In this document: one piece after another, positions 24,720 through 37,277 of the stretch | How positions within the stretch are numbered: the first letter of the stretch is position 1 | Layout: each line of letters opens with the position of its first letter | NCBI RefSeq assembly: GCF_036321535.1 | Contig: NC_087436.1 | Span: forward strand, 82,834,001 to 82,898,000 | DNA from: Camelus dromedarius | Taxonomy: Eukaryota | Direction of reading: 5' to 3' | Length of the DNA: 64,000 nt | Program-made: the position numbers and the translations under genes | Notes under the pieces: generated by a model | The model's input: the letters and a program-made list of their open reading frames with translations, nothing else | What the model was told of the DNA's origin: nothing | Database searches by the model: none

Positions 24720-24948
24720 CATTCAAGTGACATGCTGTTCAGTTCCTCATCTGTTCTTTATCCATTCAGTTTTAAAAGTCTTTTGTTTAAAGTTTGTGGT
24801 AACTTTAAACTGTGCTGCAAGCACAATTGTATGAACAAGGCAAAGCAAGAGGTAACAGGAAACTGAGAGGCTGCTAACTGTATCCATGAAAAGGTACGGA
24901 AGATGCTTCAACATCTGGTTTCTGTCTCTGTCAGTTTTGATAAGCCAA
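24720..24948 (-). pseudogene. Dynein relic exon(s) (tail), 3' end approximate
   Basis: WLIKTDRDRNQML vs recalled DNAH14 CLVKLDSSRTYSL. Confidence 0.5.
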
Positions 24949-25110
24949 CTTATTTAGCATGCAAGCACAAGGTATCCTTATAGCTTGGAAAATATTTTAT
25001 TATTAAAATTCCTCTGGGGAAAAATAACTTTATTCTTGCTACTCTTACACATTCTAGCCCTATGTCCCTTTTTCTCATCGAAGACATCTGTATTATTCGA
25101 TTTTTTATAC

Positions 25111-25292
25111 CTTGAGTCTTCTTAGAAACATAACTCGTATTACAGCAGAACAGACAACAAACTATAGCACTGCAGACTGCATTGGAAGTAGACAACTGAC
25201 TATCAGACTCCTTTAGAAATTGCCTGGAGCTGGACAGAAGACCTCTGTAACAGACTTTAAAATGTTTCAACTCTTCTACCAGAATAGTCAGA
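25111..25292 (-). pseudogene. Dynein relic exon (tail)
   Basis: ttctgacag| to CAAG|gtataa; 60 open codons; LKHFK..SSRQFLKES vs VKRIK..KSRSFLYHH. Confidence 0.6.
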
Positions 25293-25436
25293 CTGTCAGA
25301 AATAGTATGGGGCTTGAGGAGAGAAATAAAAATTTGGCAGACACATACTTCAAAAAAAAAATAAAAAGACTTTCACAAAACTGAATAAGCCACACATAAA
25401 ACATAATTTAGAAGATGCCAAAACAAACATACTCAC

Positions 25437-25567
25437 TTCTTCTTCTCTAAACACAAAATAATTCTTTAATAAATTTATCTTTGTAACGAAATGGTTCTGT
25501 CAACATGAAGTCTATCACCAAAGATTCAATTCAGTGTTTACCCACTGTGATCCAGGAAATGTATGTT
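25437..25567 (-). pseudogene. Dynein relic exon (tail)
   Basis: Donor GAA|gtgagt; IESLVIDFMLTEPFRYKDKFIKELFCV*RRR aligns ungapped with recalled IEFIEIDRWEQEYLYHRELTKIPIFSLFRKW. Confidence 0.65.
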
Positions 25568-26365
25568 CTATGAGATGCTAATAGGATTCTTATAAAAGTA
25601 TTTACTATGCTAATCAGTTTAGGTAACTGTACTTCTGGCCTCCTGGAAATTCACAATGTACATATTAAAGACTCTGGGAATTCCTACAGTGAAGAGATGT
25701 GCTTAATGCAGCATTTAACAAAGTTATTTTGCCCACCAAATCATGGAACACTTCTAACATCTTACTGAATTGTTCAGCAGAATGTTTTTTGAGGGGGAAT
25801 GGCAGGGGGATGGTAATTTAATATCCAGAAACAATTTATTTCCAAACCCAAAATGGGCTAAGAAGATAGGAGACCCAGAATGATTCTTCCAGGAGTTTGG
25901 GATCTGACATTAGTTGAGGATGTGCTCTCTACAGCCCCTCTCATGGCATTCTGTCTTCCAAGGTATTTTTATGTTCAGTAAATCAGATGGAGAATGGGCC
26001 CTGGTGTATGGATATAACTTTGGATATAGGTGCTGATTCTGCAACTAATAATTGTGAACCTTGAGTAATTTAAAACCTCTGAACTTCCGTTACTTTATCA
26101 ATAGAACAGGGATAATCTCTGCTTTTTTTTTTTTTTTTTTTTTTTGGTTTCTCAATTTTTTTTATAAAAACATCTTAAATTAAGCAGGATTTCTTTAGTC
26201 TCCACTTTGCTAAATAAAGTGAGAAATATGAAAGTACAGATTACATGTTTAATGCCCAGGGAGGAATCTCTGCTTTTTTATTCAATATCAACAAACACTA
26301 AAAATCAGTTCTCAGGAAATGTACATTCTAGAAAGGAGGGAGAATGATAGAGACAGACAGATGAT

Positions 26366-26406
<41 letters not shown>
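26366..26406 (+). repeat. (GATA)n microsatellite
   Basis: Tandem TAGA units. Confidence 0.95.
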
Positions 26407-26837
26407 TGATTTTAAATCTAAAAATAAACAGGAAAATATCAGCGAGTGAAAAGCTCCACAAGAACGGTTAATACAGGATGATGTGATAGTGTTTGGATGA
26501 CTACTTTTGATTGACTGGCTAGGGAAAAACTCTGAGAAGACGACATTTAAATTGAAATTTGAATTATAAGCAAGGAGATGTTTGGGATGAGACTCTCAGA
26601 GCAGTGAGGGGTCTTAAAGTGGTTGAGTACAGTTAGGGTGAGGGAGAGTGGTAAGAGGTCAGCTAGGAGAAGGAGGCAGAAATCAGATCAAGTACAGCTT
26701 TGCCAACCATGCTATTGGGTTTTATTTCAAGCACAATGAAAAGCCACTGGAATGTTCCAAAGACAGAAGTGAGAGGATGTATCCAATCTATATCATAGAG
26801 TGGTTATAAAGATTAAACAAAGTATTGCATACGAATC

Positions 26838-27194
26838 AGTCAGGGTCTCAGCAGGACATATGGAGAATTTTTAAAAGAGACTATTTGCCATGAGTAGGCT
26901 TTACGGAACAAACCAGAAGTAGTTCAGTACTCTTGGGCCACTAGCAAGGGGACCCAAAGCTTGAAAGGAGTGGCCATTCAAACCCAGAGAAGGCAGTTAT
27001 GAGGAGAACATCAGCTGAAAGGAGCTACAACCTTCAGAAAAGGACACTGGCAACCTGCAGCACTACAGAGGGAAGAAGCCACCACCACGCTGGCCCGACC
27101 CAGCCAGGAGCCAGAGGAAAAGATGCCTAGTGAGGCAGATCCACACAGAGGATGACGAGTAAGGATGGAGAAGCAGCAGCAGGTACCCAGCACA
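26838..27194 (-). mobile_element. ERVL 3' LTR (LTR33/LTR41-like)
   Basis: On the minus strand begins TGTGCTGG directly after the purine-rich tract aagaagagcggag. Confidence 0.65.
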
Positions 27195-30100
27195 CTCCGC
27201 TCTTCTTGCCCCTCAGCATGCACCCTGCCCTTTGCCTAGGGGAAAGACTTTTGTCCCAAGCCAGCTACCCCATCACCAAGGTCAATTCAGTCATGTCACC
27301 ACTTGCAACCTAAAATGGTAACCAGGAGCAGTGCTCTTCATAAAAGGAGGGGGAGGAAACATGGGGAAAGAAACAACTATTACAAGGCAAAGCTGCTACC
27401 ATCTCTGCTTCTGTAACTGGTCACTAGGCCTAAACTGTTAACATAGCAGCATTTCCCCAATCTCTATTCTATGTTTTCCTTATTTTCTTAAAGCATATTG
27501 GTTGGATGGATTCTTTAGCTGATTTCCTGAGTCAAACCTTTAGTCGTTTGGGCACTGAGTCCTTTGGTGGTCCTACCTTCATTGTGTTGCTGCAGTTTTC
27601 TACTGCCAAGGGCCATGTGGTAATAGAGTCCTAAGTAGCTAGAGTCCCACTTGGGTTCCAGAAATAGTCCTCCTCACCCCTCACTGTAAATCAGTAACTC
27701 AACTGCCCCCTCATAATCAGCATCACAATAATCACTACCCCAGGTAGCACAATAACCTCTTTTCTGCCTAACGCTTCATTAGCCTAAACAGTGGGCGGTC
27801 TTCATTTCTAATTCAAAGTAACTATTATTGAATTTCTTAATTAGACACATTCTTCCCTCCAGTACTATAAACCCTTTGAGACCAACACTGCACAGTCTCT
27901 TTTAAAAATTTAAAAGAGACAAATATTTGTCTCTTTTAAAAGAGTCAAATAGTCTCTTTTAAAAATTCCCCAAATTACATATTTGGTATAATAGTTGGAA
28001 AGTCCATTCTTACTTCCAGCTCCTGGATACACGGATACATGGAAGATGGTACCTTATCTTGGCCCTGGTTTAAGGTTTTTCTGAATCTTGTACATAGCAT
28101 CATGTCCCTACAAGATTTTATTCCTGATGGTGCCAAAAGGGAGCATTCAGATGCCATCCCACAATTTCCCTGAAATTGACTTGAACACCATGACTGGTAT
28201 AATACTGAGAGCTCAGCAATGGCCTTTGTTACAGGCAGACTGGACAAGCAGTAATGGTGTTGACAAATCAGTCTTGGGGTCTTGGGGAGAGTGCACCCCT
28301 GGTGGTGAGCCCACACACAGCCTCCATTCCTGCCTTCATACTTACTGAATATACCTCCATGGACCTGGTCTTGGTTAGGGGCTGAGGCTGACTGACATCC
28401 CTACAAGAGATCATCTTACCCACTTAGTTATGGGAAACACTCACTCACAGCTAGGATCCACTGTACCGGGCATTTACATGGAACACAAATGCCCCCACCT
28501 TGTGCTATGCTGAGAGGCCCATCCACATACCTCTCCCCCAGACCTTGTCACCAATCTTCCTATGTTTTTCTTCCCCAGGTCTTTACTGCTGGTCTATCCA
28601 GTTTATGTAAATCCACACTTCAGGCTATCTTTCCTTCCACATTAAGTGGACAACCAGATGACTGCCCAAAGTTCTGCCCATTTTCTTTCATCACTGTCTC
28701 TCAGTGCCACCCCTCAGTGAGGCTGTATGTGGCAGCTATCCATTTCTGTTTGATGCCCACGTACCATCCATTCATAAACCAGACCCACCCTTTCTCCTCC
28801 CCCTTCGGCTGGTCATAGAGAACTCTCCCATTAGATCGTAGCTGTTGTCTGAGGGAAAGGTGGGAAAGAAATAAGAGCAGCGACTATGGGCATTTAAGCC
28901 ACTCATTCCTGCCATTTATTTGTGCCTCTGCCTTTCCTTGGCCCTGCTTCATATATACCATTTTCGTTTTCTGTTGTAATGGTGTGCACATGTCTACATT
29001 TATGGGGCAAGGGATTAGATAATACCCAGTTCATAAAGAGCAGTTTGGGTCACATATTCACTTATAATCAAAGATCAGGTGTTCAGTCTTTGCCAGGCCC
29101 AGCAGCAAGTTAAAAGGTGGAGAACAGCTGTCATAAGAAGTCAAGTTTTCCAAAGACTTAAGGGTCTGCACTGTGAGCCCGTCAGAAGCTCTGCATGTGT
29201 GTGTGAAGCAAATGCTTCAGGTCCTAAGTATGAGCAGCACAGACTTGCTGCAGGGCCTCTGTTGCTTTACTTGCTCCAGGCTCCACTCAAAAATGGCAAC
29301 ATTACAGGTTTTCCAACAAACATTAAGACTTAACATTTCCATGTGTGGTATATATAGCCTCCCAGATCCAAAGAGGTTCACAGAATGCTGTGCCCGTTTT
29401 CGCAGCGAGCCATGCAAGGTGCAGAAACTTGTATCTCAGTTTAGAAGGGATGTCCCAACATACCCGAGATGACTGCATACCTGGAAACTCCACCTATGTG
29501 ACAGATCCTCGGAACCAGCAGGGTTTTTCACTCACCCTCTGACACGTGCCTGTCTTGTGAAGTCATGTAAGTGCTCGCCAATTCCTGCTCACTAGGGCCC
29601 ATTCACATAATCTCATTGAAGTAATGCACTAGCATAACATGCTACAGAATATCAAGATGATCAAGTTCCCTCTGAAACACATTGTAACAGGGCTGACGTC
29701 AATCGACATAGATTAGATAGCCCTTAGGCAAGTCTGCTTTCTGCTATCCCTGCTCCTAGAAAGCAAACTACATCCTATCAGTTTAGCTGATAGGCATGCC
29801 AAAAAGCATGTACTAGGTCAACAGCTATGAACCAGGCCAGGGGCTACATTTATTTCCTGCTTCAGGGATACCACCATGTCCAGAACTGCAGCTGCAGCCG
29901 CAGCCGCATTACTATCTTACTATGTCTGTGATCATCTACAACCATTGATCAATGGTAAAAAATAAAATAAAATCTTAATGAATTTCCCACACCACTAAAT
30001 GGATTCATCAGCAAAAATATGAAAAGGTCCTTTCCTCAAATAGAAATAATATGTGGCCTCTCTTTTATGAATGCTGCAACCTGTTGCCCAGGGAGGTGTT

Positions 30101-30510
30101 AATAGTTTGTGGAGTTCAGGCCTAGAATAGGAAGAAAGTAAATTGCCCAATTAGTGGTTGGTGGGAGATCCTGGGCTTTGAGGTCAAAGGGAGGTCTGAT
30201 CTTACTCCAGGACAGAGTTGGATTCCTTGAGTTTAAAAGGATGGTTAAGTGGCGGTTTCCATAAGAAGCAGAATTCTGTATCCTATCCAGGGCAGCACCG
30301 TTGGGAATTGCCAGACCTCTGAATGGAGGGGCAGCACAGATGTGGGATGAAGCCACTAAGCATCCTTAGTGCAGTGAAGGTGCTGATGGCTGAGCTCACA
30401 CAGGCGACCCAGGGGAGTTACCCATCTGAGAATGGTGAGAGCTTAGACAAGTAGCATCTCAGTGGTGACTAGGATGGACCCAAACTGGAGGCCAGTTCTT
30501 GTGTAATCCC
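27195..30510 (-). mobile_element. ERVL internal region, degraded pol (RT to integrase)
   Basis: Minus translations AAAVLDMVVSLKQEINVAPG, RELDHLDIL*HVMLVHYFNEIM (RT YIDD region) and TITACPVCL*QRPLLS (integrase Zn finger). Confidence 0.85.
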
Positions 30511-30529
30511 AAGGGACAAGAAAAAAAAA

Positions 30530-30630
30530 GGTCCATGAAAATTTATTGTATTTGAACAGCCTATTATTCAGGCAGCTTGCAGCTGCAACAAACTGCATTT
30601 ATTCAGTAAGAGTCTTAAAGGTATTTTTTC
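30530..30630 (-). pseudogene. Dynein relic exon (N-terminal tail), abutting the ERVL
   Basis: ctccag|; QFVAAASCLNNRLFKYNKF has the same spacing as GFLYMIPAVPRSSIEYDTY. Confidence 0.45.
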
Positions 30631-30762
30631 CTGGAGTGTGTATAAAGCAAGTTGACATCTTGATATAAAATTACACAGAAAGCAGACGCCTAACCATATT
30701 TTAACAATGAGGGCAAACCCGTGAATAACAATGCAGAAATGAGCTTATAACAAAGGACCCAC

Positions 30763-32805
30763 CCTTTCTTTCCCTCTCTATAAGTCTGCCATTCTTGCTT
30801 TCCTGCGGCTTCCTCTCAAGGCTTTTCATAATAGTCTTAACAGCCATGTCAACATACCGCTCTTTAAATACTGTTTAAGAGGCACTACTATTGGAAGACT
30901 GTACTCAAAAGAGAAGTTGTTGCCCTGCTCCCCACATCCCTCGGCTAGAAAGTCAATAAAATCTTATTTTACCAAGAACTAAAATATTACGTGTAATGTT
31001 TTCACAAGGAATATTTTTTAAATCAACCATGCTATAAAAATAGTGCTGCTCACTCCATCAGGTCTTAATTAAAGGCAGACTTCTCAACACACTTTGAGAA
31101 GTAGAGTAATTTGCCCGAGGTCTGCGGCTTTCTACATTATTCTAGCTTCAGCACAAAGAAAGCATTCTCTGCTTGCCTCTTCCCAGTTGCATAATGGCTA
31201 AAAAACTATCAACAGAATTTTCTTCAGCCTAAAGTTGGAAGCTATGTTTTATTGGATTTTAAAAACACCCTTTAAAATATCTGAGCACTACATCTCGTTG
31301 ACAAAATCAGTGGTTCCTCTCCAATTAGTGAAACAAATGGCACCATATTTAACTCGACAGATGTCATACTTGAAATCTACCTGCCTATTCACACTCCCTT
31401 CTTAGGGCTTGAAATGATACAAATCCCTAGAGAATTTTTCTTGTTCCAGATCAATGAGTACTTAACACAAGCATATTTTTTAAAAACTGTAGAATTATTC
31501 CAAAAATAATTCTATAAAAAGTATTTTTAATTCTACTGCAAGATACTCATGGGAATCCAAGAACATTTAAATCATAATCATACACTATTCAAGAGCCACA
31601 GCCTTCCAGAAAACAAAAACGAACAACTGGCATCAATGTGATTACACAGTACATGCTAGGATGCTCAGAGTTTTAGAGGAAAAAGGGAAGACTCAAAATG
31701 CCCCAAAGAAGCTTCTGTAAACATATTTCTATAATTTACCCCCACTCGTTCTCACTGGTCTACTTGTGGTCTAATAATGATGTAACAGGATCTGGATACA
31801 TCATGCACCAAATGACACATGAACATTTTTTTCATCAACATGAGCTCATACACCACCACTTTCTAAGTCTATGATCTTCAAAAATTAAAAAAAAATAATA
31901 ACTATTAGAATATTATGCTCTGGTATCTTCTATAGGTCATGAATGTTCAAAACACCTGGAAACAGTGTTCTCTAGGATATTCTCCAGGAAAGCTACAGGT
32001 CCAGTCCTGGATACCTCCAGGAAGAGTTTGGCTCTTAATGGGCACATTTACAGCTTTTGCAAGGAGTCCATAGCCCAGGTTTGTCCTCCGGAAACACCAT
32101 AACCTGAGAGCTACAATAAGCAAGTCTAAGAAGGTGATTTCTCCCAGGATCCATAGTCACTGTTTAAAAGTTTTCTTTCTTCCCTTCAGCCAGAATTTGA
32201 AGGACTTTCTAGGCCCTTAAATGTTGCAAATGAAAAAGTACCACTAAAAATGAAAAAAGAAAACCACAATGGAAAACATTGGTAGAGAAGCTTCCAAACC
32301 TACTCCCAACAAGGGAACTGAGTAAACAGAGATAAACTATGACCTATGAGGTCTCTTCTGTGTTTGCTGCAATTAAATATTGTCCTGTATGAACCTTAAG
32401 TTTGTGAAACACATTAGAATCAGCACCAGATGCATCACCCTTAGCTTGTTGACCAAGAAAGGAGATCCTCAAAGTTTACGCTGGTGCCAACAATATAAAA
32501 TGTACCTTCAAAAGATGGATTAACGACACTGCCTTCTTTTCAGTGTTTTTCTCTGCAGTGCTCTTGCTGGCAAGTGCAGTACGTTGCCGGTTTTTGGACA
32601 GTTCCTTTGCAGAGGAATAGGACTTTAGTGGTAATGGTGGTGGTTGACTGGTTTTTACTGGGGGTGTTCTTTTCCTCTCATGAATGGCAATGTTGATTCA
32701 GGTTTGATGTAAGACCCCAATAACCAATAACCCCATGTTGGCAAATACTTCATGATTCAAATGAAAGCACATAGATTTTACTTCTTCTAAATTGATGATA
32801 TAATC
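30763..32805 (-). pseudogene. Four to five exon-like segments, probable N-terminal extension of the dynein relic (32805-32506, 32243-31956, ~31460-31290, 31228-31093, 30944-30763)
   Basis: Good acceptors (ctttttctttctttctctcttaatctgacag|, ttttcttttttcatttttag|, tgactttctag|) and GT donors; protein-like translations with stops; no homology recalled. Confidence 0.5.
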
Positions 32806-33610
32806 CTGTCAGATTAAGAGAGAAAGAAAGAAAAAGCAGAGAGCAAAGCTTCAGTTTCTAGTTTCAGCGCAGCCATACCCTGTATGGTGTCTCTGACAAT
32901 GGCCTGCAAGCCCTCACCCAGCAAAACGGGCCGCACAGGCCCACAGCTACTGCGCTAAGAAATGCTAACTTGCTTGCTCTCGTTCTCCGTCTCTGGCCAC
33001 ACCACTCTCAGTTAGTTTCTGATTCCTGTTGTTACATAAATAAGAAATGTAATCAAATTCGACAGTGTGTCTCTCTGATGGAGGAAAGGAGGGTGAGTGA
33101 GCTGTGGGTGCTTCTTTCTGCCAGTCTGCTGCCAACCTGAAAAGTGTCTGTTTATTGGTTGATGGGTTGGATTGTTTGTTTTACTAGGAGAGAATTACGG
33201 AAAGAAAAACAAAATACTTTTCGAAAGTCAAATAATGTTATAGGCTGAGGAAGCCTGGTCCGTATAGGTGACCTACTTGAGCTGGAACAGCATTCCTTCG
33301 AGAAAGAGCTCTGTTACTTTCTACAGAATCATGTCTGTGAGGTTAAAGAACAGACACATAGGATCCATCCTAGTTTGATACTGGTAAAGCAAGTCTGAAT
33401 TAAATCAAAAGATGTCCACTTGTATGTACTTCCCATCTAATATAACCGATTTAATCAAGCCAAGAGCAGAAGGCAGAGCAAGTGAAACCAAAGTCAGTAC
33501 TCAGACAACTTCACGGAACAGGTAGCGTCCGAAGATCTAGTAAATTTATCAGATTAAACACATATCTTCTCAGAAACTAACACAACGTTGTAAATTAACA
33601 CTACTTTGGT

Positions 33611-33672
33611 GGGGAGGGTAACAGCTCAGTGGTAGAGCGCATGCTTAGTGTGTATGAGGTCCTGAGTTCAAT
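33611..33672 (+). mobile_element. 3'-truncated tRNA-derived SINE
   Basis: ggggagggtaacagctcagtggtagagcgcatgcttag..gaggtcctgagttcaat. Confidence 0.85.
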
Positions 33673-35119
33673 GATGGGAGCTGTGTCAAGGTCACTCTGT
33701 AAGAAGTGTATGCAGGACATTAGACATTTTTGCAACCATCTCTGGAAAATACAATCTGAAACACAGAAAGGCAACATGGACCTGATACAGACATGACATT
33801 AATGCTATTTATCCCTGTTTCAGAAATGATCACATCCACTGAACCTTTACCGTGTTTCCAGCATTGCTAAGTGCTTTACGTGCCTTATCTTATTTAATCT
33901 TCACAACACGTCTTTGAGATACAGTGCACTAAATTCTCCATCTTTCAGAGGAAGAAACTGAACTTTAGAGAAATTAAAATAACTTGTAATAAGAAGCCTC
34001 TGCCAACTCTAACAGCAACATCATTGAAACGTAATAAAACTAATAAACCAAAACACAATAAAAATATCCAATTGATAAAAATGAAGATTCCCTCTTACAC
34101 AATTAGAAAAATATAAATACAAGAAGAGTAACTTCATGCTTTTCACATCTTTATTCTCTTTTGTTTTAATCTTGTCCAGAAATGATCTGATATATCGGTA
34201 ACTAACCCCTCTAATGTCCCCACTCTCTGCATCTACAGGAAGTGTAATGGTAACTAGCACTAAGAATGGCAAAACCCTTTTTACAAACCTCCATTAGAAC
34301 CCACTGTTTCTTACACTGGTATTTGCCATGGTTTTTCCTTAACTTCATTTTGAAAGACATCCTTGCAGGCATTTTTTACTACTATGACCATACAACATAA
34401 AAACAAGTGGAAAATATAGAGAAATTAGACCATTCACACTAACTGGTAAATGTTTTGAAAACGAGATTAATCATATTTCCTTGTTCTATTGAACTTTTCT
34501 TATGGGGACTTCTGCTTAAGAACTATGCCAATGAAAAGAGAATTTAACTAATATTTCTAGCCCAGTCTGCTCTCATCTTTAGGATAATACATGCAAGAAG
34601 AACTACTCACAGGAAAACGTTTTGTTCATAAAGTACCCTCTCCTCTTATCCAAACTACCTGACGTATAAAAATTATCTCGTAGATTTTACCATGTTATCT
34701 AACTCTACTAGTTCTTTTTTAAAGTCAGTGCAGGCAGTGAATCATTGTAGTACTTGAGATCTAGAATGTCTGTAACAAACACTAATTTGAATGGAACATC
34801 TCAGCCCTGAGGAGTGGGAATGTCTTGAAGACTAGGGAAAGCTGGTAACAGAAAAATCGGGACAGATCGTTGTTCATGTATTACTTTCAGTGTCTGGGTA
34901 ATGAGAGCAGTATCAAGGGTAATATTTTCCTGAGAGCACAATCAGAAGTAGTATTTACATGGGCACCAAGCTGTGGGATGATTCATAGGAGATACGTCAT
35001 CTCATCGGCAGAGCTCTCCTTAATCCTCACTCAAGCAGAATTCATTGGATCCTCATTCATTTGTACCATATTATTTTATCTCTTAACACACTGCACAGTA
35101 ATCAGTACAAATTCTTGCC

Positions 35120-35270
35120 ATGCCACTTACCCACTGTGCAACCATGGGCAAGTTACTCAGCATTTCTGTGCCTCCATTTTCTCATCTGTACAATGGGAAT
35201 AATAACATACTTCTCTCATAGGATTGTTAGCAAGACTGAAGCATTCAGTAAAAATTAACTATTAATTATG
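35120..35270. mobile_element. MIR
   Basis: catgggcaagttact..tgcctccattttctcatctgtacaatgggaataata core. Confidence 0.8.
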
Positions 35271-36881
35271 TTTGTGTCTCTCTTCCCCACCATGATGACT
35301 TAGGAAAAAAGGGATCAGAAGAACCAAATAACACACACCAAGCTTTTAACTTAGATACCTATAACACAATCATTTCTTATTACAGAGAGGTAAGTCTAAA
35401 AATTCCAGCCCCAGTGACATTTTAACTGGACACTAATGATACTTGCTAAGAAATGCATGAAGGACAATATCAGCACAATCAAAGGCTTTGTTCTTAAACG
35501 CCCCTTCAACCTGTCTGTGTTGATTTCCTCTGGACCCTGGCCATCTTGCTTTATTCTCTTGCCTCTCCTACTGGGCTTTTCATCCTGATTCACCTTCTGA
35601 ACTATTTCTTGGTTCATGAATGTTGCATTACTTTCCCAAAATTTTCACTAGCTTGCTGCTTTCTGGAATAGTGTCTCATTATTTACTGTCCTTTGGCACC
35701 GGCCCAGGACTCCTTCCCTTCAGTGCATCTCCTCCTGCTGTGCAGGACCCTGACTGCACAGCTCTCCTCTCCCTGCCTAAACCAGGAGGGGCCGGCCAAG
35801 GCTGCCAGTATGTAAACTGACATCACCCAGGATGGGAAAGTAAAATGCAAAATTAATAGAGGAATCTTAGGGGATTTTGAGATTAAGAATAATCCCCCCC
35901 AGCTATTCTTTTTAATTTTTAAAAAGGAGCAAGAGGAACATAAACATGGACAGAACTTACAGTATTCAAATACTGAAGGCAAGACTAAGAGTGTTGAGAA
36001 TTCCAAACTCTTGTGAGAGCTTGAAAAGTGGAGTCTCTTATTTCTGCTATTCTTGTACAGCAAAAAGAGCAGAGACCTGAGGCCCTGACAGACACAGGTC
36101 AAATTCAGATTCTGTCGCTAAATAGCATAAAACTGAGACCTTGACCTGTTAAACCTCATCTGCATAATATGTTTAATAATGTCTACCTTACAGGAATGTT
36201 GTAAAGATTAAAGACAATATAGACCAACTGCTCAATAAAGATTTCTTGAGTGATAAGTGCTGAGAATGCCCTTGAATTGAAAACAAGTCTCCAAAAGAAT
36301 GAAATGGAAGGACAACTGTCAGGCTGGGAGAGACTGGGGATGGAGAGGTATGGACAGTCAGGTACATTTCTCTCACCTAATGATGTAGGGTAACAGTTAT
36401 GCAATGGATAACCTTTTGTTTAAAAAAGTCCTGAGACAGATATATTAGCAACTAACAAGATATTTCCTTTTCTCTCTGAGTTAATTTTTACAAGCTCCTT
36501 TTGTAACTCAAGTGAGTAAACTCAAGAGAAAATACATGAGTTGGAAGAAGGAAAAACCAAGCATCTCAGCCAACTCCCAGCCATCCAATGGCCCTGAGGG
36601 AACTTGGGACAAGGAGAAGAAATCATATTTGTCCCTCTATGCACAAAAACGGGTGGAGTCCTGTTATGGAACTTATTTATATTGGAGGAGAAACTATAAT
36701 TTTTAAACTTTCACCTGAGCTATGCATGCTAAAAAAATGAAGTCTGAAAGTAGGTATCATTTTGTTTCAAACATATAGAGAGGTTTATTAATGGAAAACA
36801 AAGTTTCTCTGCTTTAGAAAAGGAAGTGAAAGCTGGGGGTTGGAAGCTGGCAAAGGAACAGAAGAAAAAAGACTTGGGAGA

Positions 36882-37277
36882 CAGTAAGGGCTTAACTGTG
36901 ACCCTTCTCCCTAAATTCATACGTTGAAGCCTTAAACCCCCATACCTTAGAATGTGACTGCATTTTAAGAGACAGTCTTAAAAGAGGTAATTAAGTTGAA
37001 ATGAAATTGTAAGGGTAGACCTTAATCTATTCTGACTGGTGTCCATGGAAGAAGAGGAGATGAAGACACAAGACACATGCACAGAGGAAAGCCGTGTTAG
37101 GACACAGGGAGAAGACAGCCATCTACAAGCCAAGGTGAGAAGCCTCAGGAGAAACCAAACCTGCTGGCATCTTGATCTTGAACTTCTAGCCTCCAGTGCT
37201 AGGAGACAATAAATTTCTGTTGTTTAAGCTCCCTAGTTGGTGGTATTTTGTTATGGCAGGCTAAGCAAACTAATACA
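36882..37277 (+). mobile_element. MaLR LTR (MLT1B-like)
   Basis: aaattcatacgttgaagcc..gccatctacaagccaagg..aataaatttctgttgtttaagc..ctaataca. Confidence 0.85.

Larger units (their letters stand above)
1..32805 (-). pseudogene. Decayed multi-exon axonemal dynein heavy chain pseudogene (DNAH6/DNAH14-like); 3' part continues beyond position 1
   Basis: About 30 minus-strand exon-like segments, many with pyrimidine-tract AG acceptors and GT donors. Translations match successive parts of recalled DNAH6/DNAH14 in the right order; many stops and frameshifts. Confidence 0.85.
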
